DNA from: a virus
Taxonomy: Duplodnaviria; Caudoviricetes
IMG/VR virus record: IMGVR_UViG_3300027764_000027
Location: 1-29,109 of that record
Reading direction: 5' to 3' (one strand)
Length of the DNA stretch: 29,109 bases
Shown: positions 16,860 to 25,473 of the stretch, in pieces
How the letters are laid out: the number at the start of each line of letters is the position of its first letter
How positions within the stretch are numbered: position 1 is the stretch's first letter
Made by a program: the position numbers and the translations under genes
The notes under the pieces: model-generated
The model's input: only the letters and a program-made list of their open reading frames with translations
Database searches by the model: none
Told to the model about the DNA's origin: nothing

Positions 16860-17027
16860 TTACTTGGAAATTTCGGCAAGGCGGGCAATGACTTGGCTGA
16901 GGTAAAGCTCCGTGCGGATTTTAGATTCAGCACTCAGGCCCGGGGCTTTGAGCTTGGCGGCAAGCTGGGCCTGGCGAGCAGCAAGGCCGGCGACTTCGGG
17001 GTGCGGGGCGGAAGATTCGGCGGGCAT
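16860..17027 (-). CDS. Small protein (55 aa) absent from the ORF track
   Basis: MPAESSAPHPEVAGLAARQAQLAAKLKAPGLSAESKIRTELYLSQVIARLAEISK*; fills the gap and follows a TTTGACA motif. Confidence 0.6.
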   Translation of the reverse strand: MPAESSAPHPEVAGLAARQAQLAAKLKAPGLSAESKIRTELYLSQVIARLAEISK

Positions 17028-17042
17028 GACGTGGCCAAGCTG

Positions 17043-17483
17043 TCAAACGGTGCGGACGACAAAGCAGGTGGCGAGCAGGCTGATGATGCGCGTGCCCTCA
17101 TCAAAGCCGCGCTCGTTGCCGGTCCACTCAAAGTTGTCGACCACGTCCCAGCCGGTGAAATCGTTGGCGGTCGAGGAGGCGATGGCGGTCTTGACCAATT
17201 CGGCCAGAGTCTCGAGGGCCTGCCCGCTGCCGGGCGCGTCGGCGTCTGCGCGGCACTCAAAGCGCAGCTCTATGACGTCGGCAGGTCGGCGGTTGGCATC
17301 GCTCAGCGCGTAGTCTTCGCCGGTGCGGGTGGCGACGATGCCGATCATGGGCAGCGGGCGCGGCGTGCCGGCCGGGGGCGTGTCCTCGTGCTGGGTGCGC
17401 AGATTGGTGCCGACGGGCAACTCGCGGGCGAGGATCAGGCGGAAAGCCTCAGACAGAAGGCGGTCTTGGGGGCGGGCGCTCAT
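17043..17483 (-). CDS. Tail terminator-like protein
   Basis: 146 aa acidic protein with PLPMIGIV strand; synteny. Confidence 0.55.
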   Translation of the reverse strand: MSARPQDRLLSEAFRLILARELPVGTNLRTQHEDTPPAGTPRPLPMIGIVATRTGEDYALSDANRRPADVIELRFECRADADAPGSGQALETLAELVKTAIASSTANDFTGWDVVDNFEWTGNERGFDEGTRIISLLATCFVVRTV

Positions 17484-17818
17484 TGGGCAGGCGCCAGGCA
17501 GCGCAGGGTGAGGGTGGTGCCGGTCGGATCAATGACCGGGGCGTCGAGCGTGTAGATGCCGGCCAGCGCGGCCGGGGCGGTGCACTCGACGTTGGCGCCG
17601 GCGGAGGGCAGCGGCTGGCCGGCAGCAGCCAGGGCGGACGACGGCATCCAAAAGGCGATGGTGCGCTGCGCCACAGCGCCAAAGTCAGCCAGCTCTATGC
17701 CGCTGCGCAGGCCGCTGGTGGCAGCGGCGTAGCTTTGCATGCCAATCTTGATGGTGGCGGGAAATTCGGTGGCAAGAAACGCCTGGCCGAGGCTAAAAAG
17801 AGCGGAGGATTGGCTCAT
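17480..17818 (-). CDS. Head-tail joining / head closure protein
   Basis: 112 aa beta protein ending TLTLRC; synteny. Confidence 0.55.
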   Translation of the reverse strand: MSQSSALFSLGQAFLATEFPATIKIGMQSYAAATSGLRSGIELADFGAVAQRTIAFWMPSSALAAAGQPLPSAGANVECTAPAALAGIYTLDAPVIDPTGTTLTLRCLAPAQ

Positions 17819-18015
17819 AAACTTGCACGGATTATGCGGCAGGCGCGGCAGACAACATGCGGCACATCTTCGGCGTCGGCGGGCGGAACGTCGTCGAACT
17901 CATGCGGGCAGGCGGCCTGGGCGACGTGCACGGCTTGGCGGATGGTGCGCAGATGGGCCGCGCAGCTTTCCTCCAAAGCCAGCAGGACAGCGATGGGAAG
18001 GGAGGCGGTGGTCAC
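17815..18015 (-). CDS. Small Cys-rich (Zn-binding) protein
   Basis: CPH...CRAC motif; GTG start at 18015 assumed. Confidence 0.5.
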   Translation of the reverse strand: MTTASLPIAVLLALEESCAAHLRTIRQAVHVAQAACPHEFDDVPPADAEDVPHVVCRACRIIRASL

Positions 18016-18029
18016 GGCAGGGGTGGGTG

Positions 18030-18140
18030 TCAAAGGGCAACGCGGGCGATGGAAACCTCAAAAAACCACCGCCCGCGCGCTATGTTCCCCAAAAAAATGC
18101 CTAGTTGCCGAGAAATCCTCGGTAACAGCTTGAGGCGCAT
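18030..18140 (-). CDS. Possible 36-aa basic peptide
   Basis: MRLKLLPRISRQLGIFLGNIARGRWFFEVSIARVAL* runs exactly between two TTTGACA motifs. Confidence 0.35.
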   Translation of the reverse strand: MRLKLLPRISRQLGIFLGNIARGRWFFEVSIARVAL

Positions 18141-18141
18141 G

Positions 18142-18705
18142 TCAAAGCGGTGCCGGGGCGGCGGTGAGCGTGGCGTCGTGCCGGTAGTGGTGCAGCACCT
18201 TCGGGATGTGCAGGTGGTTGCGAGCCAGCGGCGCGACCTGATCCACCCAGGCGCGGTCCTCGCCGTAGTTGACCTCGGTGAAGATGCCTTGCGCGGCGAT
18301 GCTGCGGCGCCAGGCGCAGACGTGCCAGGGGCGGCGGCGCGCGGTGCCACCGGCCTGCCAGGGCTCATCGATCTGGCAGGTGGCGTCGAAGATGATGCGG
18401 CCCTCGACGCCATTGATGATGGCCAGCTGCTCGAAGGTGACCACGTCGGGGCCGCTTGCGCAGCGGGGCAGCAGCTCGGTGAGGTAGTCCTCGGTGGTCC
18501 AGTCGTCGTCGTCGCAAAAGGCGACGTAGTCGCCGCGGGCGAGATCGAGCAGGCCCTGGCGTTTGGCCCCCACGGAGCGCCGGCGGTTGTCGGCAAAGGC
18601 CAGCACTTCGACGCGCGGATCCCGGCCGAGGCGGTTGAGCAGGATGCCAAGCTGCTCGAGGCGGGCAGGGATGGTGGGGATGAGGATGGAAAGGAGCGGG
18701 TTCAT
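18142..18705 (-). CDS. GT2-family glycosyltransferase
   Basis: LLSILIPT, GAKRQGLLDLARGDYVAFCDDDD, YGED motifs; start MNPLL at 18705. Confidence 0.9.
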   Translation of the reverse strand: MNPLLSILIPTIPARLEQLGILLNRLGRDPRVEVLAFADNRRRSVGAKRQGLLDLARGDYVAFCDDDDWTTEDYLTELLPRCASGPDVVTFEQLAIINGVEGRIIFDATCQIDEPWQAGGTARRRPWHVCAWRRSIAAQGIFTEVNYGEDRAWVDQVAPLARNHLHIPKVLHHYRHDATLTAAPAPL

Positions 18706-18823
18706 GGATTGGATGAAAAAGGAAATTGCCCGCACCGGTCGCGGAAATGCGGTGACGGTTGACCCCGGAATCCGCACTCCAACGGAGGATGGGGCTGGGC
18801 GGTAAATGCCGCGGGCAAAGGGG

Positions 18824-21049
18824 TCATGCGACGGGCTTCTGAACAAGCCAGCAGGTGCCGAGCTTTTCCGCGTGCGGGAAAGCGGCATCGACGGCACGGC
18901 GGACGCCCTCGGCGTCGGTGTAGTCGTGGCCGGCAAGCCAGCCGCCGGGCTTGATCTTGGGCCACCAGGCAGCGATGTCGTCGCGGATGCTCTCGTAGTC
19001 GTGGGCGGCGTCGAGGAAGACGTAGTCGAGCGAGGACGGCAGCGCAGCGGCGGCGGCCAGGCTGGTCATCTGGCAGAGCGAAGGGGTGACCCAGCAGCGG
19101 TCGAGAAAGACGCGGCACGAGTCGAGCATGTTCTCGGGGTAAGGCGCGGATTCGCCCGGCGTGCCGGCAAAGGAATCGACGCCGATGGCGCGGCCTCCGC
19201 AGAATTCCGCGAGCGTGGCCAGGCAGGCAAGGCCGCGGCCTTGTGCGACGCCAACCTCGACGCACAGCGGCTTTTCCACGGCGTTGATGATGCCGGCGTG
19301 CACGCGCCAGGACGAGTCGTCGAGCACGCAGCCGGGGATGTCGCGCCAGGTGAAGACCTCCCGGCCAGCGCGGAGCTGCGCAATGATCTTGGCCCCCGTT
19401 GCGTAATGCATTAAGTTGTTGCTTGCAGCGGTGGTGGGGTGCATGGGCTCGCCGGTAAAGGCGGCATGCCTGTGCTCAAAGACAAGGTGCGGGGCCTCGA
19501 CAATTGCGCGGGCTTTTTCTGCGCGCTCGGTCAGCCAGTTGTCGGAGAACATGCTGAAGAAGGCCGGGTGGAAGAGGTGCCCTTCCTGCCGCCACCAGGC
19601 GCGGTTGACGATGGCAAGGACAATGAGGCCGTCGGTGCGGTGGCCGTCGCTGACGCGCAGCACGGCGGGCGCGGTGGTGTCCGCAAGGGCGGCAAGGATG
19701 GCGCGGTCCCAGCCCTGCGGTGGGATCATGTCGTCGGAGACCTGCACGAACACATCGCCCGCGGCGACGGTGGCGGCGATGTTCCAGGCTCCGCAGGGGC
19801 CGCCGGCGGCGGTGTCCTGGATGATGTGGCGAAAGCCGCCGAGGGCGGGGCCCTCTGCGTCGTCGGGATCGAGGCCGAAGATGTGCTCGATGGCGTCCGG
19901 ATCCTTTGCCCGCTCAAGCCAGAGGGCGCGCGTCTCGATGGCCTGCTGCGCGCGGCCGCGGGTGGCGTGCAACAGCGAGATGCGGCCCGCGTGGCGGTGA
20001 AAGTGATTGGATTCGAGCGCTTCGGCTTTGGCAAAGTGCCCTTGGGTGCGGAGCACGCGGGCCTGCTCCTGGACAAATTGCCAGCCCCACATCTTGCGGC
20101 GCAGATTCCACGGCGCGGGCGCTGGAAGCGGCAGCCCGGCGGCGGCGCGCAGGTAAGCCTCTGCGCGGGTGGGGTCGTCGGCGTTGAGGGCAAGATTGGA
20201 AAGCAGAACCAGTGGCTCGCGGCGGTGCGGACACTCGTGCCAGGCAAACTGCAGCCACTGCGCCTTGTCGGCTGGATCCTCCACGACCATGGACAGCGAA
20301 AGGGCGCACTCGAAGCGCTCGACCGGGCCAGCGTCGGCCCACAGCAGAAACTGCTCGGCGGCAAGTGCGCCCTCGGCTTTCCGACCAATGGCAAAAAGCT
20401 CAGCATACAGATGGTAGCGCAGCGAGGTGGTAAGCTCGGCGGCCGGGATTGACTCAATGATGCGGAGGTTGCGGCCGTTGCGCGCGGCCGGCGGCCGCGG
20501 GCCGGGATCGTGCGTGATGACGCCAGCCGGGCAGCTTGCGGTGCGCCACGTCACGCTGGAATCAATGGGCTCGAGACACTCATGCACAGGCTGCGTCCAG
20601 CGGGCAATGCCGCGTCTCACCACGCGCTCGCGGGGGTTGTCGAGCAGGCCGACATCAGGCACGGCGTAGGGGGTGATAAGCATGTCGAAACGCTCGCCTT
20701 GCGTTTCAAGGGTTGCACGGATGGCCTGCGCGGCGGCAGGCGTGAGGCGGTCGTCGGTGTCGGCCCACATGACCCAGTCGCCGGTGGCCAGGCTCCACGC
20801 TTGATTGCGTGCGGCGGCGAAGTCATCGACGTGCGGCCAGTCGGCATGCCTGGGGGCGTTGAGGTAGTCGCCGGTGATGCAGCCGCGCCCGGCGGCGATG
20901 GCGAGGGTTTCATCCGGCAGCTGATGGCCGATGGCGCGGATGACGACGATTTCGTCGGCAAGCTGCCAGAAGTCGTCGAGAAAGCGACCCATCATGGGGC
21001 CGCCGACGTTGCCGGTGATGATGCAAAGGGAGAGTTTCAAAGGTGTCAT
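18824..21049 (-). CDS. Fusion: GT2 glycosyltransferase + TPR-like repeats + second GT-A domain + class I SAM methyltransferase
   Basis: DDFAAARNQAWSLATGDWVMWADTDD and VHE; helical repeats; SLLHATRGR...VQVSDD; VEVGVAQGRG and FLDAAHDY...KPGGWLAGHDY. Confidence 0.88.
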   Translation of the reverse strand: MTPLKLSLCIITGNVGGPMMGRFLDDFWQLADEIVVIRAIGHQLPDETLAIAAGRGCITGDYLNAPRHADWPHVDDFAAARNQAWSLATGDWVMWADTDDRLTPAAAQAIRATLETQGERFDMLITPYAVPDVGLLDNPRERVVRRGIARWTQPVHECLEPIDSSVTWRTASCPAGVITHDPGPRPPAARNGRNLRIIESIPAAELTTSLRYHLYAELFAIGRKAEGALAAEQFLLWADAGPVERFECALSLSMVVEDPADKAQWLQFAWHECPHRREPLVLLSNLALNADDPTRAEAYLRAAAGLPLPAPAPWNLRRKMWGWQFVQEQARVLRTQGHFAKAEALESNHFHRHAGRISLLHATRGRAQQAIETRALWLERAKDPDAIEHIFGLDPDDAEGPALGGFRHIIQDTAAGGPCGAWNIAATVAAGDVFVQVSDDMIPPQGWDRAILAALADTTAPAVLRVSDGHRTDGLIVLAIVNRAWWRQEGHLFHPAFFSMFSDNWLTERAEKARAIVEAPHLVFEHRHAAFTGEPMHPTTAASNNLMHYATGAKIIAQLRAGREVFTWRDIPGCVLDDSSWRVHAGIINAVEKPLCVEVGVAQGRGLACLATLAEFCGGRAIGVDSFAGTPGESAPYPENMLDSCRVFLDRCWVTPSLCQMTSLAAAAALPSSLDYVFLDAAHDYESIRDDIAAWWPKIKPGGWLAGHDYTDAEGVRRAVDAAFPHAEKLGTCWLVQKPVA

Positions 21050-21054
21050 GGGTG

Positions 21055-21092
21055 CAAAAGGAAAGCCCGGCCGGGCTAGCGGTCGGGCTTTC
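21055..21092 (-). terminator. Intrinsic terminator after the major capsid gene
   Basis: GAAAGCCCG...CGGGCTTTC stem followed by CTTTT on the minus strand. Confidence 0.6.
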
Positions 21093-21176
21093 GGGTTCTT
21101 TTGGGACCACTGGGGGGCCCCGGAGAAACTCCGCCGCCGCGCACCTAGCCTTGCGCAGCGAAAGTTGAAGGTGAGT

Positions 21177-22079
21177 TTACGGTTTGGTCGCGAGGGCGAG
21201 GTTGAGCGTGATCGCCTGGGTCATGCCGAAAAGCATCTCCAAATTGATGTGATGTTTGCCGCTGCCCGGATTGTAGTGGCGGCGATAGGTGAAGGTGAAA
21301 CCGGTTGCGGGATCGGTCAGCTCTTCGTAACCGGCCAGCATCGAGAGGTCCTGCGGGCGCTTGAGGCGCATGGCTACGGCGATGGCGTCGGGCGTTTGCG
21401 CCCAGGCGATGAGCGAGATGCCGTTGAGCGGGATCTGGTTCAGCGCGTAGACGTCAAAGCCCATTGCCCGCGGCACCCGGCCTTCGCGGATGGCCTCGGT
21501 GCCGCCATAGTTGAGCGCGGCGTTGAAGGCGGTGTTTCCGAGCAGCGCGGTGTCTTCGATCTCGACCGGGATGAAGAGCGAGCGGCGATCGACCGAGGCG
21601 TCCCGCTGCTCGAGCACCAGCTTGAGCGCGCGAATCTGGGTCAGCGTCCAGCTGGCCGTGGCGAGGGTCGTGACGATGGCGCCGAAATTCACGGACGTAA
21701 TCAGCGAGGTGATGCGGCCGAAGACGCGGTTGAAGAGCGCCGAGCCGGCCTGCACAGCAAACACTTCGGCGCGGGCGGGTGAGCTGTTCAACGATTGGAG
21801 GTCGGTGATGTCCACGGGCACAATGTGGTTTTCACTCAGCGAGACGGTGATCGCGGAGACGTTGCCGCCGGTCTGCTCGTAGGGGTTGCCGGAGTTGTCG
21901 CTCTGGCTGAAGGTCGTCGCCGTAGCGGCTCCGATCAGCGGGACGGCAATGGCGTCGCCGACGTTTTTGGCGTCGGAGGAGAAGTCACGAGCGAACGCGC
22001 GGAGGGGCGCAAGTCGCTTGGTGACTTGGTTGAGGATTTCGCGGGAGAAGATTTTGTCGTCGAAGTTGATCGTGGCCAT
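21177..22079 (-). CDS. Major capsid protein
   Basis: 300 aa after protease and scaffold; GDAIAVP, IREGRVPRAMGFDVY motifs typical of HK97-fold coats. Confidence 0.85.
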   Translation of the reverse strand: MATINFDDKIFSREILNQVTKRLAPLRAFARDFSSDAKNVGDAIAVPLIGAATATTFSQSDNSGNPYEQTGGNVSAITVSLSENHIVPVDITDLQSLNSSPARAEVFAVQAGSALFNRVFGRITSLITSVNFGAIVTTLATASWTLTQIRALKLVLEQRDASVDRRSLFIPVEIEDTALLGNTAFNAALNYGGTEAIREGRVPRAMGFDVYALNQIPLNGISLIAWAQTPDAIAVAMRLKRPQDLSMLAGYEELTDPATGFTFTYRRHYNPGSGKHHINLEMLFGMTQAITLNLALATKP

Positions 22080-22127
22080 AAAGGGTCGGTGGTTGGTTGG
22101 TTAGTTGGTTGCGGGCGAGAGAGAGGG

Positions 22128-22652
22128 CTAGGCGCCGGAGTAACGGCGCGCGGATTCTTTGCGAATCACAGGGCCAAGCGTGGCGTCCTGATACATGCGG
22201 GTGGAGCTGGCGGAATCGGCGGCGGCAAAGCGGTCGTAGATAGTCTCAGCGGAATCGGACACGCTGGCAGATGGGGTGGTGGCAACCGGCGGCACGCCTT
22301 GGCTGGCGGCGAGCTCGACGGCGCGGTGGCCGACGCGGGTTTCGAGCGCAGCAGCGAAAGCCGCAGGCGCGGTGTCGAACGTCAACGCGGCGACAACCTC
22401 GGCGGTCAGCCCGAGGAGGTCGGTCACCTGGCGGAGCACGGCGTTTTCCGCAACAGCGGCGGTGTGGGCAAGCGCGGCGGCATCGCGCTCGGCAGTAAGC
22501 GTGACGACAAGATCCTCGGCGGCGACGGCGCGGGCTGCAGCCGTGGCAATGTCATCAGCCAAAGTGGCGACGTTGTTGTTGGCTGCAGCGAGCGTGGATT
22601 CGAGCTGCGCGACGCGCAGCTCGAGGGTGGCGGAGGAAGAGAAGATGCCCAT
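22128..22652 (-). CDS. Capsid scaffolding protein
   Basis: Ala-rich coiled coil between protease and capsid; ATG at 22652. Confidence 0.7.
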   Translation of the reverse strand: MGIFSSSATLELRVAQLESTLAAANNNVATLADDIATAAARAVAAEDLVVTLTAERDAAALAHTAAVAENAVLRQVTDLLGLTAEVVAALTFDTAPAAFAAALETRVGHRAVELAASQGVPPVATTPSASVSDSAETIYDRFAAADSASSTRMYQDATLGPVIRKESARRYSGA

Positions 22653-22669
22653 GATGTCTGCGTGGCTTG

Positions 22670-23494
22670 TCAAACGGAGGGCAGAAGGCCCTCGAACGTG
22701 CTGAGGTCGTCGACCAGTCCGCGGGCCAGGGCCTCCGTGCCGAGAAACGATTGGCCGCGCATCGAATCCTCATCGATGTCGCGGCGCGCGGTGACGGCGG
22801 CTCGAAACTGCACGCCGATGGCATCGATCTCGGCCTGGACGTGTGCGGCCTGGGCTTCGGTCATCGGGATGTCGGGATGGCCGGCGGCTTTGAGGTCGCC
22901 GGATTTGAAGATGCTCGCCTTGATTCCCATGGTCGCAAGGTAGGCGCTTTGGTCGTAGTAGAGCTGGTAGACGCCGATGCAGCCGACGTCGGCGCTCGGG
23001 GTGCAGCAGATGGCGCGGGCCTGCGAGGCGATCCAGTAGGCGGCGGAATCCATCATGCCCGAGGTGTGCGCGAGGACGGGTTTGATGCGGTCGGCCGCGG
23101 CGACGGCGGCGGCCAGCTCGGGCGTGCCGGTAACCATGCCGCCAGGCGAGTCGATGCGCAGGAGGATCTCCTCAATCGCGGGATCGGCGGCGGCAGCGCG
23201 GAGCCAGCCGGCGATCTGCTCGGTGTCGGCAAAACCGATAACGCGGTAAATGGGGTGAAGGCCCGAGGTAATGACGCCCTTGATCGGGATGATTGCGGTG
23301 GTGCCTACGGTGTAGGGTTTGGGCAACGGTGCGCCGTAGATGTCCTCCATCTCATACCACATCTCGTCGTCGTCGTGCTCCGCGCGGGCGGTGCAACGCG
23401 GATTTTCCAGCAGCGCAGCAGCTTCTGCGGAGGCGGCGGCAAAGTGCTGCGGGCGGATAAGGGCGATCGGTGAGGCGAGGGCAAAGGATTTCAT
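22670..23494 (-). CDS. S49 (SppA / lambda gpC-like) head maturation protease
   Basis: RIDSPGG, SAAYWIASQA, GCIGV, SGDLK motifs. Confidence 0.93.
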   Translation of the reverse strand: MKSFALASPIALIRPQHFAAASAEAAALLENPRCTARAEHDDDEMWYEMEDIYGAPLPKPYTVGTTAIIPIKGVITSGLHPIYRVIGFADTEQIAGWLRAAAADPAIEEILLRIDSPGGMVTGTPELAAAVAAADRIKPVLAHTSGMMDSAAYWIASQARAICCTPSADVGCIGVYQLYYDQSAYLATMGIKASIFKSGDLKAAGHPDIPMTEAQAAHVQAEIDAIGVQFRAAVTARRDIDEDSMRGQSFLGTEALARGLVDDLSTFEGLLPSV

Positions 23495-25023
23495 TTGGCG
23501 GATGCAGCGGCGGCGGAGGCGATTTTGGCTTGAGTGGCGGCGGTCACCTCGGAGGCTCCCGCGGTAAGAAGGGCAATGCGGGCCAGCGCGGCCTCAAAGC
23601 TAAGTCCAGGGTATTTGGCGGACAGCCGAACAGCGGCGGCACATTGGGCGTCCATCTCCACCTCGCGGGCTGGCAAAGAGGTGCCAAGGTAGTCGTTGCC
23701 GTTTTCGGCGTCGTAGCTGGTAAAGGTGTCCAGGCCGCCAAGAACGTTGTTTCGGCGCTCGGCAGATTCGCGGCCGGCGTCGACGGTGATGTCTACGAAC
23801 TTCGGCTGCCACTGCACTTGGAAGATTGCGGGGTCGTAGGGGATGTCGCCGCGGGCGACTCCGCGCGAGAGAATCCAAAAGCGGGTGCGGGTGAGCTTCG
23901 GGTAAACCAGGGAGTTGCGGCGCTGCTGCAGGCGCTGGCGCAGGATGCCGAGGACGCCGCGATAGGACGCTCCGCCAAGCAGCTCGGGCTTGAGGACGAT
24001 CTCAAAGGGCAGGCCGTAGCCGGCAAAGATGCCGCGCAGGTGGAAGTCGCTCCACTCGGCGATGGTCGGCGAGGGCTGGGCGTGGGCGAAGGACTTGAAG
24101 GTTTCGCCAGGGCGCAGGATGGGGATCTTTCCACCGCCGCCGGTCACCTGCTCGTAGGTAACGCTGACGGCGGGCTGCGCTGGCTGGTCAACGGTAGCGG
24201 CCACGGCGCCGCGGACGGTCATGCCGCGGGGCGCGCCGAGCGGTAGATCATTGGGTGTCTGCGTCTCAATGATCGCGGCGATCTCGGTGTTTTTCTTCGC
24301 GCTGGTCATGGCGAAGCCGAGGATTTCGTAGAGGTCCTGCAGCGGGGCGAGGGCGTGGACAAAGTTAGTCATTGACCGCAGCTCGTCGGGGCGGTTGCGC
24401 TCGGCCAGGTAGAGAAAATCCTGCGGAGCCAGGCGCACGGTTTTGCCACCGGGCAGGGCGACGTTGTAACCGGCCTTGCGGCCAAAGGCATCGACCCAGA
24501 TGCCATCGATGCAGCGCTCGTCGGTGGTGTCGCCGGTGATGATGCGGTGGCCCTCGATGACCTGGAGCTTGGCAGCGCCGGTCTCGTCCTCGGTCATGAC
24601 GTAGCCGAGGTCGCCATCGACATCGACGGCGCGGCAGTCGTGCAGGAGCAGCTCGTCCATCGACTCGCCAGCCATAAAGCCGATGGCGCGGGTGCGGGCG
24701 AGGTAGTAGGCGTCGTAGAGTTTGCCGACCGGCCCTGGGGTGCGCGGTTCAAAACCGGTGCCGACGGTGAGGCGAGCCATGAGATCGACGCCAGCCTTGA
24801 GCACGGGGATGTTGACGTAGCCCCAGCGGGCCAACGACATCGCGCGCGTGCGGTTGAAGGTCGTGAGGGTGTGCTTTGAGTCGGTCGCGAAGAAGGGCTT
24901 GTAGGCGCGGGCCGTCGAGTAGGCGGTGGCCTCGTAGAAGCTGCCCCACGCGCCGCCGCCAGTGGCGGCGAGGGGTTTGCCGGCGGGCAGTGCCGCGACC
25001 TTGCGTTTTTTCGGGCGGCTCAT
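23491..25023 (-). CDS. Portal protein, lambda family
   Basis: 510 aa; VGTGF, DVDGD, KLQVIEGHRI, DGIWVDAFGR motifs; synteny. Confidence 0.9.
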   Translation of the reverse strand: MSRPKKRKVAALPAGKPLAATGGGAWGSFYEATAYSTARAYKPFFATDSKHTLTTFNRTRAMSLARWGYVNIPVLKAGVDLMARLTVGTGFEPRTPGPVGKLYDAYYLARTRAIGFMAGESMDELLLHDCRAVDVDGDLGYVMTEDETGAAKLQVIEGHRIITGDTTDERCIDGIWVDAFGRKAGYNVALPGGKTVRLAPQDFLYLAERNRPDELRSMTNFVHALAPLQDLYEILGFAMTSAKKNTEIAAIIETQTPNDLPLGAPRGMTVRGAVAATVDQPAQPAVSVTYEQVTGGGGKIPILRPGETFKSFAHAQPSPTIAEWSDFHLRGIFAGYGLPFEIVLKPELLGGASYRGVLGILRQRLQQRRNSLVYPKLTRTRFWILSRGVARGDIPYDPAIFQVQWQPKFVDITVDAGRESAERRNNVLGGLDTFTSYDAENGNDYLGTSLPAREVEMDAQCAAAVRLSAKYPGLSFEAALARIALLTAGASEVTAATQAKIASAAAASAK

Positions 25024-25322
25024 ACGGCGGAGGCTGCCGAGTAGTCCGGCATGATGAGGCGCGGAGCGCGCGGCGCCACGGTCGCGGGGTTGAAAGTAGG
25101 ATCGGCAAGCAGCTCCTCGGCGGCGGCGAGCCAGTATTCGGCCTGCATGGTGACCTGGCCGCCGCTCGACCCGCCCTCAAAGCTGGCGGTTGTAACGGTG
25201 ACGGCGCTGGCTTTGCTGGTGCTGGCCAGGCCGTCAGCAAAGGTAATGAGCCCGGCAATGTCGGACGCGTATTTCCGGCGGAGATTGCGGTCGGCGGTGC
25301 GGAGAAGGATGGCGTCGTCCAT
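25020..25322 (-). CDS. Head completion (gpW-position) protein
   Basis: 100 aa between terminase and portal; ATG at 25322. Confidence 0.6.
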   Translation of the reverse strand: MDDAILLRTADRNLRRKYASDIAGLITFADGLASTSKASAVTVTTASFEGGSSGGQVTMQAEYWLAAAEELLADPTFNPATVAPRAPRLIMPDYSAASAV

Positions 25323-25355
25323 TGACGCGCAGCCCGGTGTCAAAGCGTGCGCCAG

Positions 25356-25463
25356 CTAGAGGCGCGGCGGGCGGTAGATGAAGCTCCAGAAAAGCAGGAC
25401 CATGCCAGCGGCCGAGGCGGCGTAGAGGTGGTCCGGCCAGGTAAGGGCAAGCAGCGAGGTCAT
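25356..25463 (-). CDS. 35-aa hydrophobic peptide
   Basis: MTSLLALTWPDHLYAASAAGMVLLFWSFIYRPPRL*; fills the gap after terL. Confidence 0.45.
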   Translation of the reverse strand: MTSLLALTWPDHLYAASAAGMVLLFWSFIYRPPRL

Positions 25464-25473
25464 GCGCAGAGTG

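Noticed and set aside
18706-18936. N-terminal extension of the GT2 gene
   Set aside because: Overlaps the upstream gene and a structured gap; the GT2 fold begins at MNPLLSILIP
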